This document shows positions 1-8,529 of a DNA stretch of 64,000 bases, one piece after another (within the stretch, counting starts at the first letter, position 1; each line of letters begins with the position of its first letter). This DNA is from an uncultured Enterobacteriaceae bacterium (GTDB taxonomy: Bacteria; Myxococcota_A; UBA9042). A program made the translations under genes and the position numbers. The notes below the pieces were generated by a model. That model was not told where the DNA came from and did no database searches. It saw nothing but the letters and a program-made list of their open reading frames with translations. The DNA is taken from positions 130,527-194,526 of the forward strand of contig CAZPHC010000004.1 of assembly GCA_964586155.1 (NCBI GenBank). Direction: 5' to 3'.

Positions 1-3000
1 AGTCGAGCACCGCGGCGAAGACCTCACGCGCCGCGTCGTTGGCGCCTAGCTCCTGCTGCGCGCGGCCGAGGCCGGTGCGGGCGCGCGCCACGCTGTAGTC
101 GTCGCCGACGCCCTGGAAGAAGGTCGCAGCCGCCTGCAGCGCGGGCACGGCGGCCTTGGCGTTGTGGGCGGCGTCGAGCTGCGTGTAGCCCTCGAACAGC
201 TTCGCCATGGCCTGGATCGACGCGTCGCCCATGCGCTCGCCGACGCGCAGCACATCAGCGAAATAGGCGAGCGCGTTGGTCACGTCGCCGCGGCGCATCG
301 CGACGGCGCCGTGCAGCATCAACGCCAGTCGCTCGTTGATGGCGTCCTTCGAGGCACGCGCCGCGGTCAACAACTCTGCAGCCAGGGTCTGCACCTTCGG
401 CAGGTTGCCCTGGACCAGCGCGGTGTCCGCCAGCTGGAACAGCGCCTGCCGCCGCAGCGAGCTGAAGCCGCGCTCGCGGGCGAAGGCCAGGGCGGCGGCG
501 GCGTCGCGCTCGGCTTCGGCCAGGCGGCCTTCGCTGGCGAGCAATCCGGCGCGGCGGATGCGCATCTGTTCGACGCAGAGGTCGTTGTCCTCGGCCGTGC
601 AGAGCGCGATCGCGGCGCTGACGGCCTTGCTCGTCGCGTCCAGGCTGCCGCGCCACGAGAGCAGGCCAGCCTGGATCCAGTCGAGGTCGAGCCGGCCGAC
701 CGGGTCGAGGTAGCGGGCGAGGCGCTTCTGCAGCACCTCCATGGCCTTGAGCGCGTCCTCGACGCGGCCCTGGCTCGCCTGCATCACCGCGCGGTAGAAC
801 GCCGCGTTGGCCGCGAGCGTCCAGCACTCGATCGCCTCGAACTCGCCCAGGGCCTGGCTCATCAAGCCTTCGGCCTCGGCCAGCGCGCCACCGCGCTCGC
901 GCAGCGCGTTCGCCTTGTCGACCGTGGCCTGGGCCTGCAGACCGCGTCGGGCCGCCGCCGCCGCATCGGCCGCCTCGCGCTCGAGCTTGGGATCCTTGGT
1001 CTTCTGCGCCAGGCCGCCGACGGTCGCCAACGCCTCGTGGAAGCGGCCTTCGCGGACATAATGGCTCGCCACGCGGATCCGACCGCGCTCGGCCGCGCCG
1101 TCAGCGCCGGCCAACGCAGCCTCGGCGGCGATGCGATCGCGCAGCACGTGATCCCGCGGTCCTTCGGGCTGGGCGTCCTGGGCGGCGCGCTGGAGCAGGG
1201 CGATCGGCACGCCGCGGTCGGTGACCGACGCGACGGATTTGCAGCCGGCGTCGTAGCTCGGCGTGCCGCGCAGCCGTTGCAGGCTCGCCTGCGCCTGGGG
1301 CCAAAGCTCGAGCCAAAGCCAGCTGCGCAGGTTGCGCAGCTCGATCCGCGCGGCTTCGCTGCCCGCCGCCTTGGCTTGGTGACCGGCGCGCAGACGCAGC
1401 ACGTGATGCAGGTTCGTCTGGATCAGCGCCGATTCTGGCTCCAAGGCGACGGCCTTGCGCGCGAGCTCCTCGGCTTTGGCCCAATCACCACGGCTCGCTG
1501 CGATGCGCGAGAGCGCCAGGCGTGGCCAGGGGTAGTGTGCGGCCTCTGCCGCCTTGGTCTCGGCGGCCTCGGCCTCGTCGAGGTTGCCGAGGGCGATCTG
1601 CACCGTGCCCAGGACGTGCCAGGCGTAGTGCGAGCTGGGATCGAGCTCCGTGGCGCGCGTGATGACCTTGCGCGCGGCCTCGAGGTCTTTGAACATCCAC
1701 AGGTTCCAGCCGGCCTCGCGGTGGATCTTGGCGCTCTGGGGCTGCAGCTCGACCGCCATCATCGACAGCCGCGCCGAGTGCGCGTACTCGCTCACGCCGC
1801 GGGCCGCGTCGGCCGCCTCGATCAGGCACGCAGCCACCGCAGCCTCGGCCTTGAACTGGCCGGCCAGCGACCGCAGGGTCAACGAGCGCTCGTGCATCCG
1901 CCCGTCCTCGTGGCTCTCGACGTCGCGCTTGAGCGAGGCGCATTGCGAGCGGACCGCCCGCTGCGACTCGAGACGCGCCGTCGCCGCGCCCACCTCCGCG
2001 AACTCGGCCGCGGTCGTCGCCGCGCGGCGGGCCGACAGCAGCTTGGTCTGGGCCTCCTCGACCTGGCCTGCGGCCTCGAGCGAGGCGACCTCGCGCATCC
2101 AGTCGGCGAACGAGTAGGCCGAGACCTGCTTGCCGCCCGAGGCCTTGCGGGCGCGCAGCATCGCCAGGCGCTTGGTCATCTGGGTGCGCCACAGGCCCTC
2201 GCCTTCGGTCTTGAGCTGGGTCTCGATCAGCGCGATCGCCTCGTCGATGCGGCCGAGCTCGCCCATGGCGACCGCGCGCCAGAACGTGCAGCTCGAGACC
2301 TTGAACGACGCGGCGATCAGGGTCTCGGCCTCGGGCAGCACCAAGGACCATGCGCCGAGCCCGGCGAGCGCGACCATCATGCCGTGGCGAACCGCGTGAT
2401 CGTCGGGCTTGAGCCGCAGATCGCGGCGGGCCGCCTCGATCTTGTCGATGCTGTCGAGCGAGGTCTTGGCCTTGGTCAGGTCCGGCCATTGCCGAAGCGC
2501 CTCGCGCAGTTTGGCCTCGCAGCCACCGAGATCGCCCTTGCCGCAGAGCGCGAGCGCGCGGTCCACCAGCGGCGTCAGGCGCCGCGTCATCCGCTCGTTC
2601 TCGCCGCTCGGCGTGCGGTTGATGATCCAGGTGGCGTAGACCTCGACCAGCCGCCAGTCCTGGCCGATGTACTTGCCCGGGAAGCCGTCGATGAAGACCA
2701 GGAAGTCTTCGATGTCCTTGACCGTCGTCTTGCGGAAGGCGTCCGACAGCGACATGCCATGGAAGCGACCCTCGGGGATCGAGGTCTTGCCGTAGGCCTT
2801 GTCGGCGAGGTCGATGCGGGCTTTGACCTCCGCGAGGAGACGCTCGTAGATCGGCGCGGCGCTCTCGGCGGTCGGCTGGGCCAGACGCTCGGCCATCGTG
2901 TAGATGGCCTCCTTGGGCTCCAGGCGCATCAGGCGTGCGTCGCGCGCTGCGACCCGGAACAGGGGGTCGTCGTCGAGCGCCGCCGGGACCTGGATGTTGT

Positions 3001-3427
3001 ACGAGATGACGTCGCCGACCTCGACCTCGCCCGAGGCCTGCACCAACGTCAGGGTGGCGCTCTCTGGCCGCAACGCCTGCACCTTGCAGCCAGCGAGCAC
3101 GACATAGGCGTCGATGGCGCGCGACGTCTCGCCGGCTCTCTTGCGCAGCGGGTGGACGATGACGTCGGCGGCGTCCGCGCGCAGGCCATCGAGCGAGCCG
3201 CGGTCCACCTCGATCGTGGTCCCCGAGCGCGAGAGGACACGGCCCAGCACGTTGACGCGCACGCTGGTGGGCGCGGCGTCGGCGGCGTCCGGGCCGGCAC
3301 CGACGGCGCTGCCGGCGGATGGCCGTGGCGCCTTGCGCACGCCGGGCAAGGCAGGCGACGAGCTCGCGAGGATCCAGACGGCAGCGCCAAGGCACGCGAG
3401 CCGTCTCGTCACCGTCGATCCCGCCAT
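1..3427 (-). CDS. Secreted TPR-repeat protein, partial; C-terminus lies beyond the window start
   Basis: Hand translation of the minus frame (codon high coordinate = 1 mod 3) gives an ATG at 3427 and an open frame to position 1. The N-terminus MAGSTVTRRLACLGAAVWILASSS looks like a signal peptide and is followed by >1100 aa of TPR-like Ala/Leu-rich repeats. The frame is absent from the ORF track because it has no in-window stop. The 1120-aa + ORF 164..3526 is its antisense shadow. Confidence 0.7.
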   Translation of the reverse strand, partial: MAGSTVTRRLACLGAAVWILASSSPALPGVRKAPRPSAGSAVGAGPDAADAAPTSVRVNVLGRVLSRSGTTIEVDRGSLDGLRADAADVIVHPLRKRAGETSRAIDAYVVLAGCKVQALRPESATLTLVQASGEVEVGDVISYNIQVPAALDDDPLFRVAARDARLMRLEPKEAIYTMAERLAQPTAESAAPIYERLLAEVKARIDLADKAYGKTSIPEGRFHGMSLSDAFRKTTVKDIEDFLVFIDGFPGKYIGQDWRLVEVYATWIINRTPSGENERMTRRLTPLVDRALALCGKGDLGGCEAKLREALRQWPDLTKAKTSLDSIDKIEAARRDLRLKPDDHAVRHGMMVALAGLGAWSLVLPEAETLIAASFKVSSCTFWRAVAMGELGRIDEAIALIETQLKTEGEGLWRTQMTKRLAMLRARKASGGKQVSAYSFADWMREVASLEAAGQVEEAQTKLLSARRAATTAAEFAEVGAATARLESQRAVRSQCASLKRDVESHEDGRMHERSLTLRSLAGQFKAEAAVAACLIEAADAARGVSEYAHSARLSMMAVELQPQSAKIHREAGWNLWMFKDLEAARKVITRATELDPSSHYAWHVLGTVQIALGNLDEAEAAETKAAEAAHYPWPRLALSRIAASRGDWAKAEELARKAVALEPESALIQTNLHHVLRLRAGHQAKAAGSEAARIELRNLRSWLWLELWPQAQASLQRLRGTPSYDAGCKSVASVTDRGVPIALLQRAAQDAQPEGPRDHVLRDRIAAEAALAGADGAAERGRIRVASHYVREGRFHEALATVGGLAQKTKDPKLEREAADAAAAARRGLQAQATVDKANALRERGGALAEAEGLMSQALGEFEAIECWTLAANAAFYRAVMQASQGRVEDALKAMEVLQKRLARYLDPVGRLDLDWIQAGLLSWRGSLDATSKAVSAAIALCTAEDNDLCVEQMRIRRAGLLASEGRLAEAERDAAAALAFARERGFSSLRRQALFQLADTALVQGNLPKVQTLAAELLTAARASKDAINERLALMLHGAVAMRRGDVTNALAYFADVLRVGERMGDASIQAMAKLFEGYTQLDAAHNAKAAVPALQAAATFFQGVGDDYSVARARTGLGRAQQELGANDAAREVFAAVLD

Positions 3428-3434
3428 GGTCACC

Positions 3435-3782
3435 TCACCGTTCGCGCTCGCTCGCGCAGTCGACGCACCACGGCGTCTCGGGCACCGTCCGCAGGCGCGG
3501 CGCCGCAATCGCGGCATCACAGCTGACACATCGCCCGTACGAGCCATCGTGCATCCGACCCAGCGCGGCGCGCAACAGCGCCACGCGGCGACGCCCGCCT
3601 TCGTCGAGGTTCTCGAGCACCTCGTCATTCTCGCGCTCGGTCGCGGCCTCTTCCCAGTCCTGGCTGGCCGCCTTGCGCAGGTGTTGGCTGATGCGATCGA
3701 CCCGTGCGCCCAGGGTGTCGAGCTCGGTCTCCATGGCGGCGCGGATGGCGTCGAATTCGGTCGTCGCGAGTGCTTCGGTCAT
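3435..3782 (-). CDS. DksA/TraR-family C4-type zinc-finger protein (115 aa)
   Basis: Internal ATG (M24 of ORF 3435..3851) is preceded by AGGAG about 6 nt upstream. The C-terminus has CxxC-x17-CxxC (GRCVSCDAAIAAPRLRTVPETPWCVDCASE) after an acidic coiled-coil N-terminal part, as in DksA/TraR. Confidence 0.75.
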   Translation of the reverse strand: MTEALATTEFDAIRAAMETELDTLGARVDRISQHLRKAASQDWEEAATERENDEVLENLDEGGRRRVALLRAALGRMHDGSYGRCVSCDAAIAAPRLRTVPETPWCVDCASERER

Positions 3783-3893
3783 GATCGTCTCCTGCGCTCG
3801 TGCGGCGCGGCATGGGGACCCACAAGGTAGGCGGCTACGGCGGCCCGACAAGCGGCAACGGCGTTTGACGCGGGCGCGGCAGCCGATCGGGCG

Positions 3894-4970
3894 TCAGAAA
3901 CCCACCGTCACCGCAAGGCCGCGGCCCACCAGGCCGAGCTGCGGGCCGTCGGCGCCGGCGCGTCGTGAGCGACCCGCGCCGTCAAAGCGGCGCCAATACG
4001 AGAACGCCGCGAACGAGACGCCCAGGCCCGCGCCGGTGACGATGTCGGTCAGGTTGTGGCGGCCATCATCGAAGCGGCTCGTGGCGATGAACCCCGCCGC
4101 GCTCAGCAGCAGCCCGCTGGAGAGCAGGGCGATCGAGCGGCTCGTGTCCGTCGCCTCGGCGCCCCAGATGTAGCGGCCGCCGAGGTAGCTCGCAGCATAC
4201 GTCGCGGCGAAGAACGACGCTGCGCTGTGGCCCGACGGGAAGGACTTGCGTCCATCGTCGAGCAGGCGCCTCGCCTCCGCGTCGGTGGCGGCCAGGCGCG
4301 GCACGCCCGTGCAGTCGACGCCGTCGATCGGCGCGACCTGGCAGTGGTAGCGCAAGGCCCGATCCTGGAAGTCCGGGCGCAGGCGGCCGACGATCGGCTT
4401 GAGCATCTCGGTCAGACCCAGGGTCAGCGCCGCACCCTCTGCGAAGCCGACCAGCGCGTCGTGGGTGGTGCGGCCGCCGCCGGTGCCTCCGCTCGCTTGA
4501 TGGATGACGGCGTCGATGCCCACCGCGACGAAGACCGCGCCGACCGCGACCGTGGCCGCGCTGACCGGTACAAGCTCGCCGTCCCCCTCTTCGCGGTAGC
4601 CCTTGCCGATGCGGTCGGCCAGGGCGGGGGCGAAGATCGCTGCGGGCTGCTTCGGATCGTAGACCGGCCCGAGCCTGGCCGGCAGCGGGTGCTCGAACAG
4701 GCGCGCCGCGCCGACCATCGCCAGCCCGCCCAGGATCAGCCCATAGTCGACGAAATCGGCCGTCTGCCCCCACGCGGGGCGGGCCGCTGGTGCCGCCCCG
4801 TCGGCCGCGTGCGCCTGGCCGGCAGGCAACAGGAGCCACGTCAGGGCGATCGCCACGGCCCGGCGTCCTGCCCTCCCGGTCGTCGCCGTCGCGCGGATCG
4901 GCTCCCGCCTTGCAGGTGGGACCGCCGCGTCGTCGTTCGACGCACCCGCCATCCACTGCCGTATCGTCAT
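3894..4970 (-). CDS. PAP2-family phosphatase, membrane protein with signal peptide
   Basis: PAP2 motifs are present: KPIVGRLRP, PSGHS and SRFDDGRHNLTDIV. Start chosen at M49 (MTIRQWMAG), with GGAGGG 7 nt upstream and signal-like RRAVAIALTWLLLPAGQAHA. The antisense + ORF (N-terminal part of 4056..6914) is rejected. Confidence 0.75.
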   Translation of the reverse strand: MTIRQWMAGASNDDAAVPPARREPIRATATTGRAGRRAVAIALTWLLLPAGQAHAADGAAPAARPAWGQTADFVDYGLILGGLAMVGAARLFEHPLPARLGPVYDPKQPAAIFAPALADRIGKGYREEGDGELVPVSAATVAVGAVFVAVGIDAVIHQASGGTGGGRTTHDALVGFAEGAALTLGLTEMLKPIVGRLRPDFQDRALRYHCQVAPIDGVDCTGVPRLAATDAEARRLLDDGRKSFPSGHSAASFFAATYAASYLGGRYIWGAEATDTSRSIALLSSGLLLSAAGFIATSRFDDGRHNLTDIVTGAGLGVSFAAFSYWRRFDGAGRSRRAGADGPQLGLVGRGLAVTVGF

Positions 4971-5339
4971 GGTCGCGCCCTCCGCGGTCGACGTCTCTTC
5001 TGCAAGCATCTGCGCCTCGCGTTCCGGCGTCCAGCCCGCGGCGCGCCCGCGATCATCGCGGCGCCACGAGGTCGGCGATCTGGCCCCGACGCCCGGAAAT
5101 CCGACACCATGCAAAGGAATCCGGGCTGTTGTCGTCCGCGGTCGACCAGGTCGCTTTGCCGCTGTGTCGCGAGAATGTTTCGGTTGTGTTTCGTCTTTGG
5201 CCGCGCGACCGCGACGATTGTCTCCGAATTTGATCGGACGGCGCGGGCTCCGTCACCTTCGACAACGCGCTGCGTCAGTGGCGCCCGCGCCGCGCCGCCC
5301 GCGCTGCGCTGGAGCCGCCCCTTCGCCGAGGATCTGCTG

Positions 5340-6914
5340 ATGCCGACACCCGCCCTCAACGCTGCCGACACGACGTGGATGCTGATCTCGACCGCGCTCG
5401 TGTTGCTGATGGTCCCCGGACTCGCCCTCTTCTACAGCGGCATGGTCCGGGCCAAGAACATCCTCGCCACGATGATGCAGACGATGGCGTCGCTCGCGTT
5501 GGGCGGCATGGTCTGGGCCCTGGTCGGCTACGCGATCGCCTTTGGCGACGACGTCGGCGGCCTCGGCGTCATCGGCTGGTCGCCCTCGTTCGTGGCGCTG
5601 CACGGCGTGAAGTCCGGCGATCTCTGGCCCGGTACCGGGGTGCCGGTCTACGTCCATGCGATGTTCCAGGGCATGTTCGCGAGCCTGACGCCCGCGCTCA
5701 TCTCCGGCGCGCTGGCCGAACGGCTGCGCTTCTCGCGCTGGTGCATCTTCGTCGTCGTCTGGAGCCTGGTCGTCTACGCCCCCCTTGCGCACATGGTCTG
5801 GCACCCCCAGGGCTGGCTCTTCGAACTCGGCGCGCTCGACTTCGCGGGCGGCACCGTCGTCCACATCGCGGCCGGCATCTCGGCCCTGGTCGCGGCCAAG
5901 ATGGTGCGTGTGCGCAACGGCTGGCCCGAGCGGCCGATCCACCCCTCGAGCGCCGCCAACACGCTGCTGGGCGCCGGTCTGCTCTGGGTCGGCTGGTTCG
6001 GCTTCAACGGCGGCAGCGCTCTCGCCGCCTCGCCGGCCGCGGGCCTCGCCCTGACCGTGACGCACATCGCCGCGTGTGCCGGCGCGGTGGCCTGGATCGC
6101 GATGGAGTGGCGCTCGGTCGGCAAGCCGAGCGCGATCGGGTTCGCCTCGGGCGCGGTCGCGGGCCTGGTCGGCATCACGCCCGCTGCGGGCTTCGTCGGC
6201 CCGGCGGCTGCCATGGCGATCGGCTGCGTCGCCGCGTTGGGCTGCTTCGCCGTCGTCACGCGCAAGGCGCGATGGGGCCTCGACGACGCCCTCGACGCCT
6301 TCGGCGTGCACGGCGTTGGTGGCGCGATCGGCGCCGTCCTGACGGGTGTGCTCGCCGACAAGGGCTTCTATGACGGCCCGGGCGGCTGGCTCGCCGACGG
6401 CAACCTCGGCCAGGTCGGCGTGCAGGCGCTCTCGGTCCTGGCGACCGTGGCCTACGCGGCGCCGTGGACGGCGTTGCTCGTCGTCCTGCTCGGGCGCGAC
6501 GGCGTGGTGGTCTCGCTGCGGGACGAGGAATTCGGCCTCGACGGCGCGCTGCACGGCGAGCGCGCCTGGGATCTGGCCGAGGACGCGGTCACGGCGCTGC
6601 ACGTCACGCCCCGCGCAGCCAGCCGACCGCCGCAGATCGTCGCGCTGCAGGTGGCGCTGCACGGCGTCGAACCTGCGGCCGTCGATCGGCGTTGGGCCGA
6701 GCTTTGCGCGCTGCCCGCTGGCTCCGCGCCGGAGGCGTTGCTCGCGTTGCTGCCCAAGGTCACGCGCGTCCGGGATGGCCACGTCCGCCTGGTCGACGCC
6801 GACGCGACCTGGGCCGCCGACCAGCTCCAGGCGCTGTTCCCCGACGCGCGCCCGTCGCTCGCCGGCGAGCCTTCGATCCATCGCTCGCCCCTGCAGGTGG
6901 CGCAGCCGGCGTAG
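5340..6914 (+). CDS. amt: Ammonium transporter (Amt family) with ~95-aa C-terminal extension
   Basis: Real start is at M429 of the 952-aa ORF (MPTPALNAADTTWMLISTALV), with GAGGA 8 nt upstream. Amt signatures DFAGGTVVHI and GFNGGSALAA are present across 11 predicted TMs. The C-terminus continues about 95 aa past the usual end of Amt proteins. Confidence 0.9.
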   Translation: MPTPALNAADTTWMLISTALVLLMVPGLALFYSGMVRAKNILATMMQTMASLALGGMVWALVGYAIAFGDDVGGLGVIGWSPSFVALHGVKSGDLWPGTGVPVYVHAMFQGMFASLTPALISGALAERLRFSRWCIFVVVWSLVVYAPLAHMVWHPQGWLFELGALDFAGGTVVHIAAGISALVAAKMVRVRNGWPERPIHPSSAANTLLGAGLLWVGWFGFNGGSALAASPAAGLALTVTHIAACAGAVAWIAMEWRSVGKPSAIGFASGAVAGLVGITPAAGFVGPAAAMAIGCVAALGCFAVVTRKARWGLDDALDAFGVHGVGGAIGAVLTGVLADKGFYDGPGGWLADGNLGQVGVQALSVLATVAYAAPWTALLVVLLGRDGVVVSLRDEEFGLDGALHGERAWDLAEDAVTALHVTPRAASRPPQIVALQVALHGVEPAAVDRRWAELCALPAGSAPEALLALLPKVTRVRDGHVRLVDADATWAADQLQALFPDARPSLAGEPSIHRSPLQVAQPA

Positions 6915-6992
6915 GGGCGCGACCCGGACGGCGTGCCACGCGGCGCGCTGGCGTCGATATATCAGTCAGAGCAGGGCGATGCTGGAGGTTTC

Positions 6993-7334
6993 ATGAAGTA
7001 TATCATCGCGATGATTCGGCCTGATCGCCTTGACGAGGTGCAACGCGCCCTGGTCGAGCGCGACATCTACCTGATGACGATCTCCGACGTGCGCGGCTGT
7101 GGGCGGCAGAAGGGGTTTGTCGAGCAGGTCCGCGGCCGTGAGATGCTGCGCATGGTGGAGAAGGTGAAGATCGAGATGGCGGTCAACGACGAGTTCGTCG
7201 ACGCAGCGATCGACGCGATCACCCTGGGCGGTCGCACCGGCGAGACGGGCGACGGCAAGGTCTTCGTGCTCTCGTTGGAAGACTGCATCCACATCCGCAC
7301 CGGCGCGGCCGGGCCGAGCGCCATCGGTCCGTGA
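6993..7334 (+). CDS. glnK: PII nitrogen-regulatory protein (GlnK/GlnB family), 113 aa
   Basis: MKYIIAMIRPDRLDEV...GCGRQKGF...TGETGDGKVFV matches PII throughout, including the B-loop TGxxGDGK. GGAGG lies 4 nt upstream of the ATG at 6993 and the gene immediately follows amt. The T-loop reads RGREM where canonical PII has RGAEY (Tyr51). Confidence 0.85.
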   Translation: MKYIIAMIRPDRLDEVQRALVERDIYLMTISDVRGCGRQKGFVEQVRGREMLRMVEKVKIEMAVNDEFVDAAIDAITLGGRTGETGDGKVFVLSLEDCIHIRTGAAGPSAIGP

Positions 7335-7426
7335 CCGCCGCGGGCACCGATCACGGCGACGGCGAATTCGCTTGCCGCGCCTTCTCGGGTGCCTAGCTTC
7401 GTGGAGCGGTCGGCGCTGACATCGAA

Positions 7427-7445
7427 GTTGAAATCCGATTTCAAC
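7427..7445. promoter_or_regulatory. Perfect 19-bp palindrome GTTGAAATC-C-GATTTCAAC in the intergenic region upstream of the TonB-like gene
   Basis: Seen directly in the sequence. Located about 175 nt upstream of the start at 7620 and about 95 nt downstream of the glnK stop. Confidence 0.4.
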
Positions 7446-7619
7446 CGTGTACCATGTCGGCCGACGCCACCCGCCCACTCGAGGGCGGCCGCGACGCGAG
7501 GACGCACCGTGCTGCAGACCGTTCGCCCATCGACGCTGCCCTACGCCAGCCCGGCGCGCCCGGTCGCGCCGCGCGCCGCCGCTCGGGACGCTTCGCGTGG
7601 CACGGTCAGCGCCCCGACG

Positions 7620-8483
7620 ATGGACGCCGCGACGAGCCGGGAGGCCGCTGCGACGATCACCAGCCCGGTCGCCGCCGGCAGCGACCGCGGCAGCTGGATC
7701 CTGACGTCGGCCGTCGTGGCTTCGCTCGGGATCCACGTCGGCCTGTTGCTGTGGGCCAGCCTGCGGCCACCGGCCACGACCCGGCTGGTGCCGGAGCCCG
7801 CCGATTCGCTGGTCGCTGCCGTCGCGTTCGACGTCCAGCTGCCGAAGCCTGCGCCCGTCGAAGAGGCCAGGATCGTGGAGGCGCCGACGCCCGCCCCCGC
7901 GCCAGCGGCCACGCCCGCCCCGGCGCCGCGTCCGGTCGCGCGCAAGCCCAAGCCCGCGACCACGACGGCCAAGGCGGCGCCCGCGCCGACGCAAGCCCCG
8001 GTCGCCAGCCCGGACGTCGCGGTGGCGACCGCCGGACCCGGCACGGTCGAGGTCGCGGCCGAAGCCGGCGCGCAGCAGGGCGAAGAGACCGCGCCAGCCG
8101 TGCCCGCGGCCGTCCTGCCGCTGCCCGCTGGCTCCGGTCGTGCGACGCCGCACGCGGGCGCTTCTGGCGATGGCTTCGATCTCGGCGACTATGTGCGCGC
8201 CATGGGATCTCGCGTCGCGCGCCAGCAACGCTACCCGGACGAGGCCAGCGACCGTGGTTGGCAGGGCACGGTCGAGGTCCGTGTGATCGTCGGCCGCGAC
8301 GGTCAGCTCGTCGGCGAGCCCGAGATCGTGCGCAGCAGCGGCCACGGCGCGCTGGATCGCGAGGCGCTGCGCATGGTCCGCGCCGCAGCGCCGTTCCGCG
8401 CGATGCCCGCCTCGGCGGGCGACGAGACGGTCCAGGTCGTGTTGCCGATCGAATTCGTGCTCGAAGACGCCGGCGACTTCTGA
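7620..8483 (+). CDS. TonB-family C-terminal-domain protein (energy-transducer-like)
   Basis: An N-terminal TM (WILTSAVVASLGIHVGLLLWA) is followed by a Pro/Ala-rich linker (PAPVEEARIVEAPTPAPAPAATPAPAPRP) and a C-terminal TonB fold signature (YPDEASDRGWQGTVEVRVIVGRDGQLV...ALDREALRMV). Start is set at M78; the GTG at 7509 is an alternative. Confidence 0.6.
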   Translation: MDAATSREAAATITSPVAAGSDRGSWILTSAVVASLGIHVGLLLWASLRPPATTRLVPEPADSLVAAVAFDVQLPKPAPVEEARIVEAPTPAPAPAATPAPAPRPVARKPKPATTTAKAAPAPTQAPVASPDVAVATAGPGTVEVAAEAGAQQGEETAPAVPAAVLPLPAGSGRATPHAGASGDGFDLGDYVRAMGSRVARQQRYPDEASDRGWQGTVEVRVIVGRDGQLVGEPEIVRSSGHGALDREALRMVRAAAPFRAMPASAGDETVQVVLPIEFVLEDAGDF

Positions 8484-8529
8484 TCGGCTCGGGGCCGGCG
8501 TCCGCGACGCCCGGGGATCGCGTCCAACC

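Noticed and set aside
164-3526. 1120-aa + strand ORF, the longest in the first 4 kb
   Set aside because: Arg/Leu/Gly/Gln-rich composition with no domain signature. It is the antisense shadow of the GC3-biased minus-strand TPR gene (1..3427), whose frame has a signal peptide and real TPR repeats.
4056-5339. N-terminal 428 aa of the 952-aa ORF containing amt
   Set aside because: Antisense of the PAP2 gene and R-rich. The Amt domain begins at the ATG at 5340, which has its own RBS.
7335-7619. Intergenic gaps scanned for tRNA/ncRNA (also 10403-10684, 29463-29582, 35325-35475, 39575-39779, 42975-43137, 55897-56101)
   Set aside because: No cloverleaf-compatible segments or conserved T-loop (GTTCGAATC-like) sequences were seen. 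Only palindromes or hairpins are present, and these are reported as regulatory candidates.
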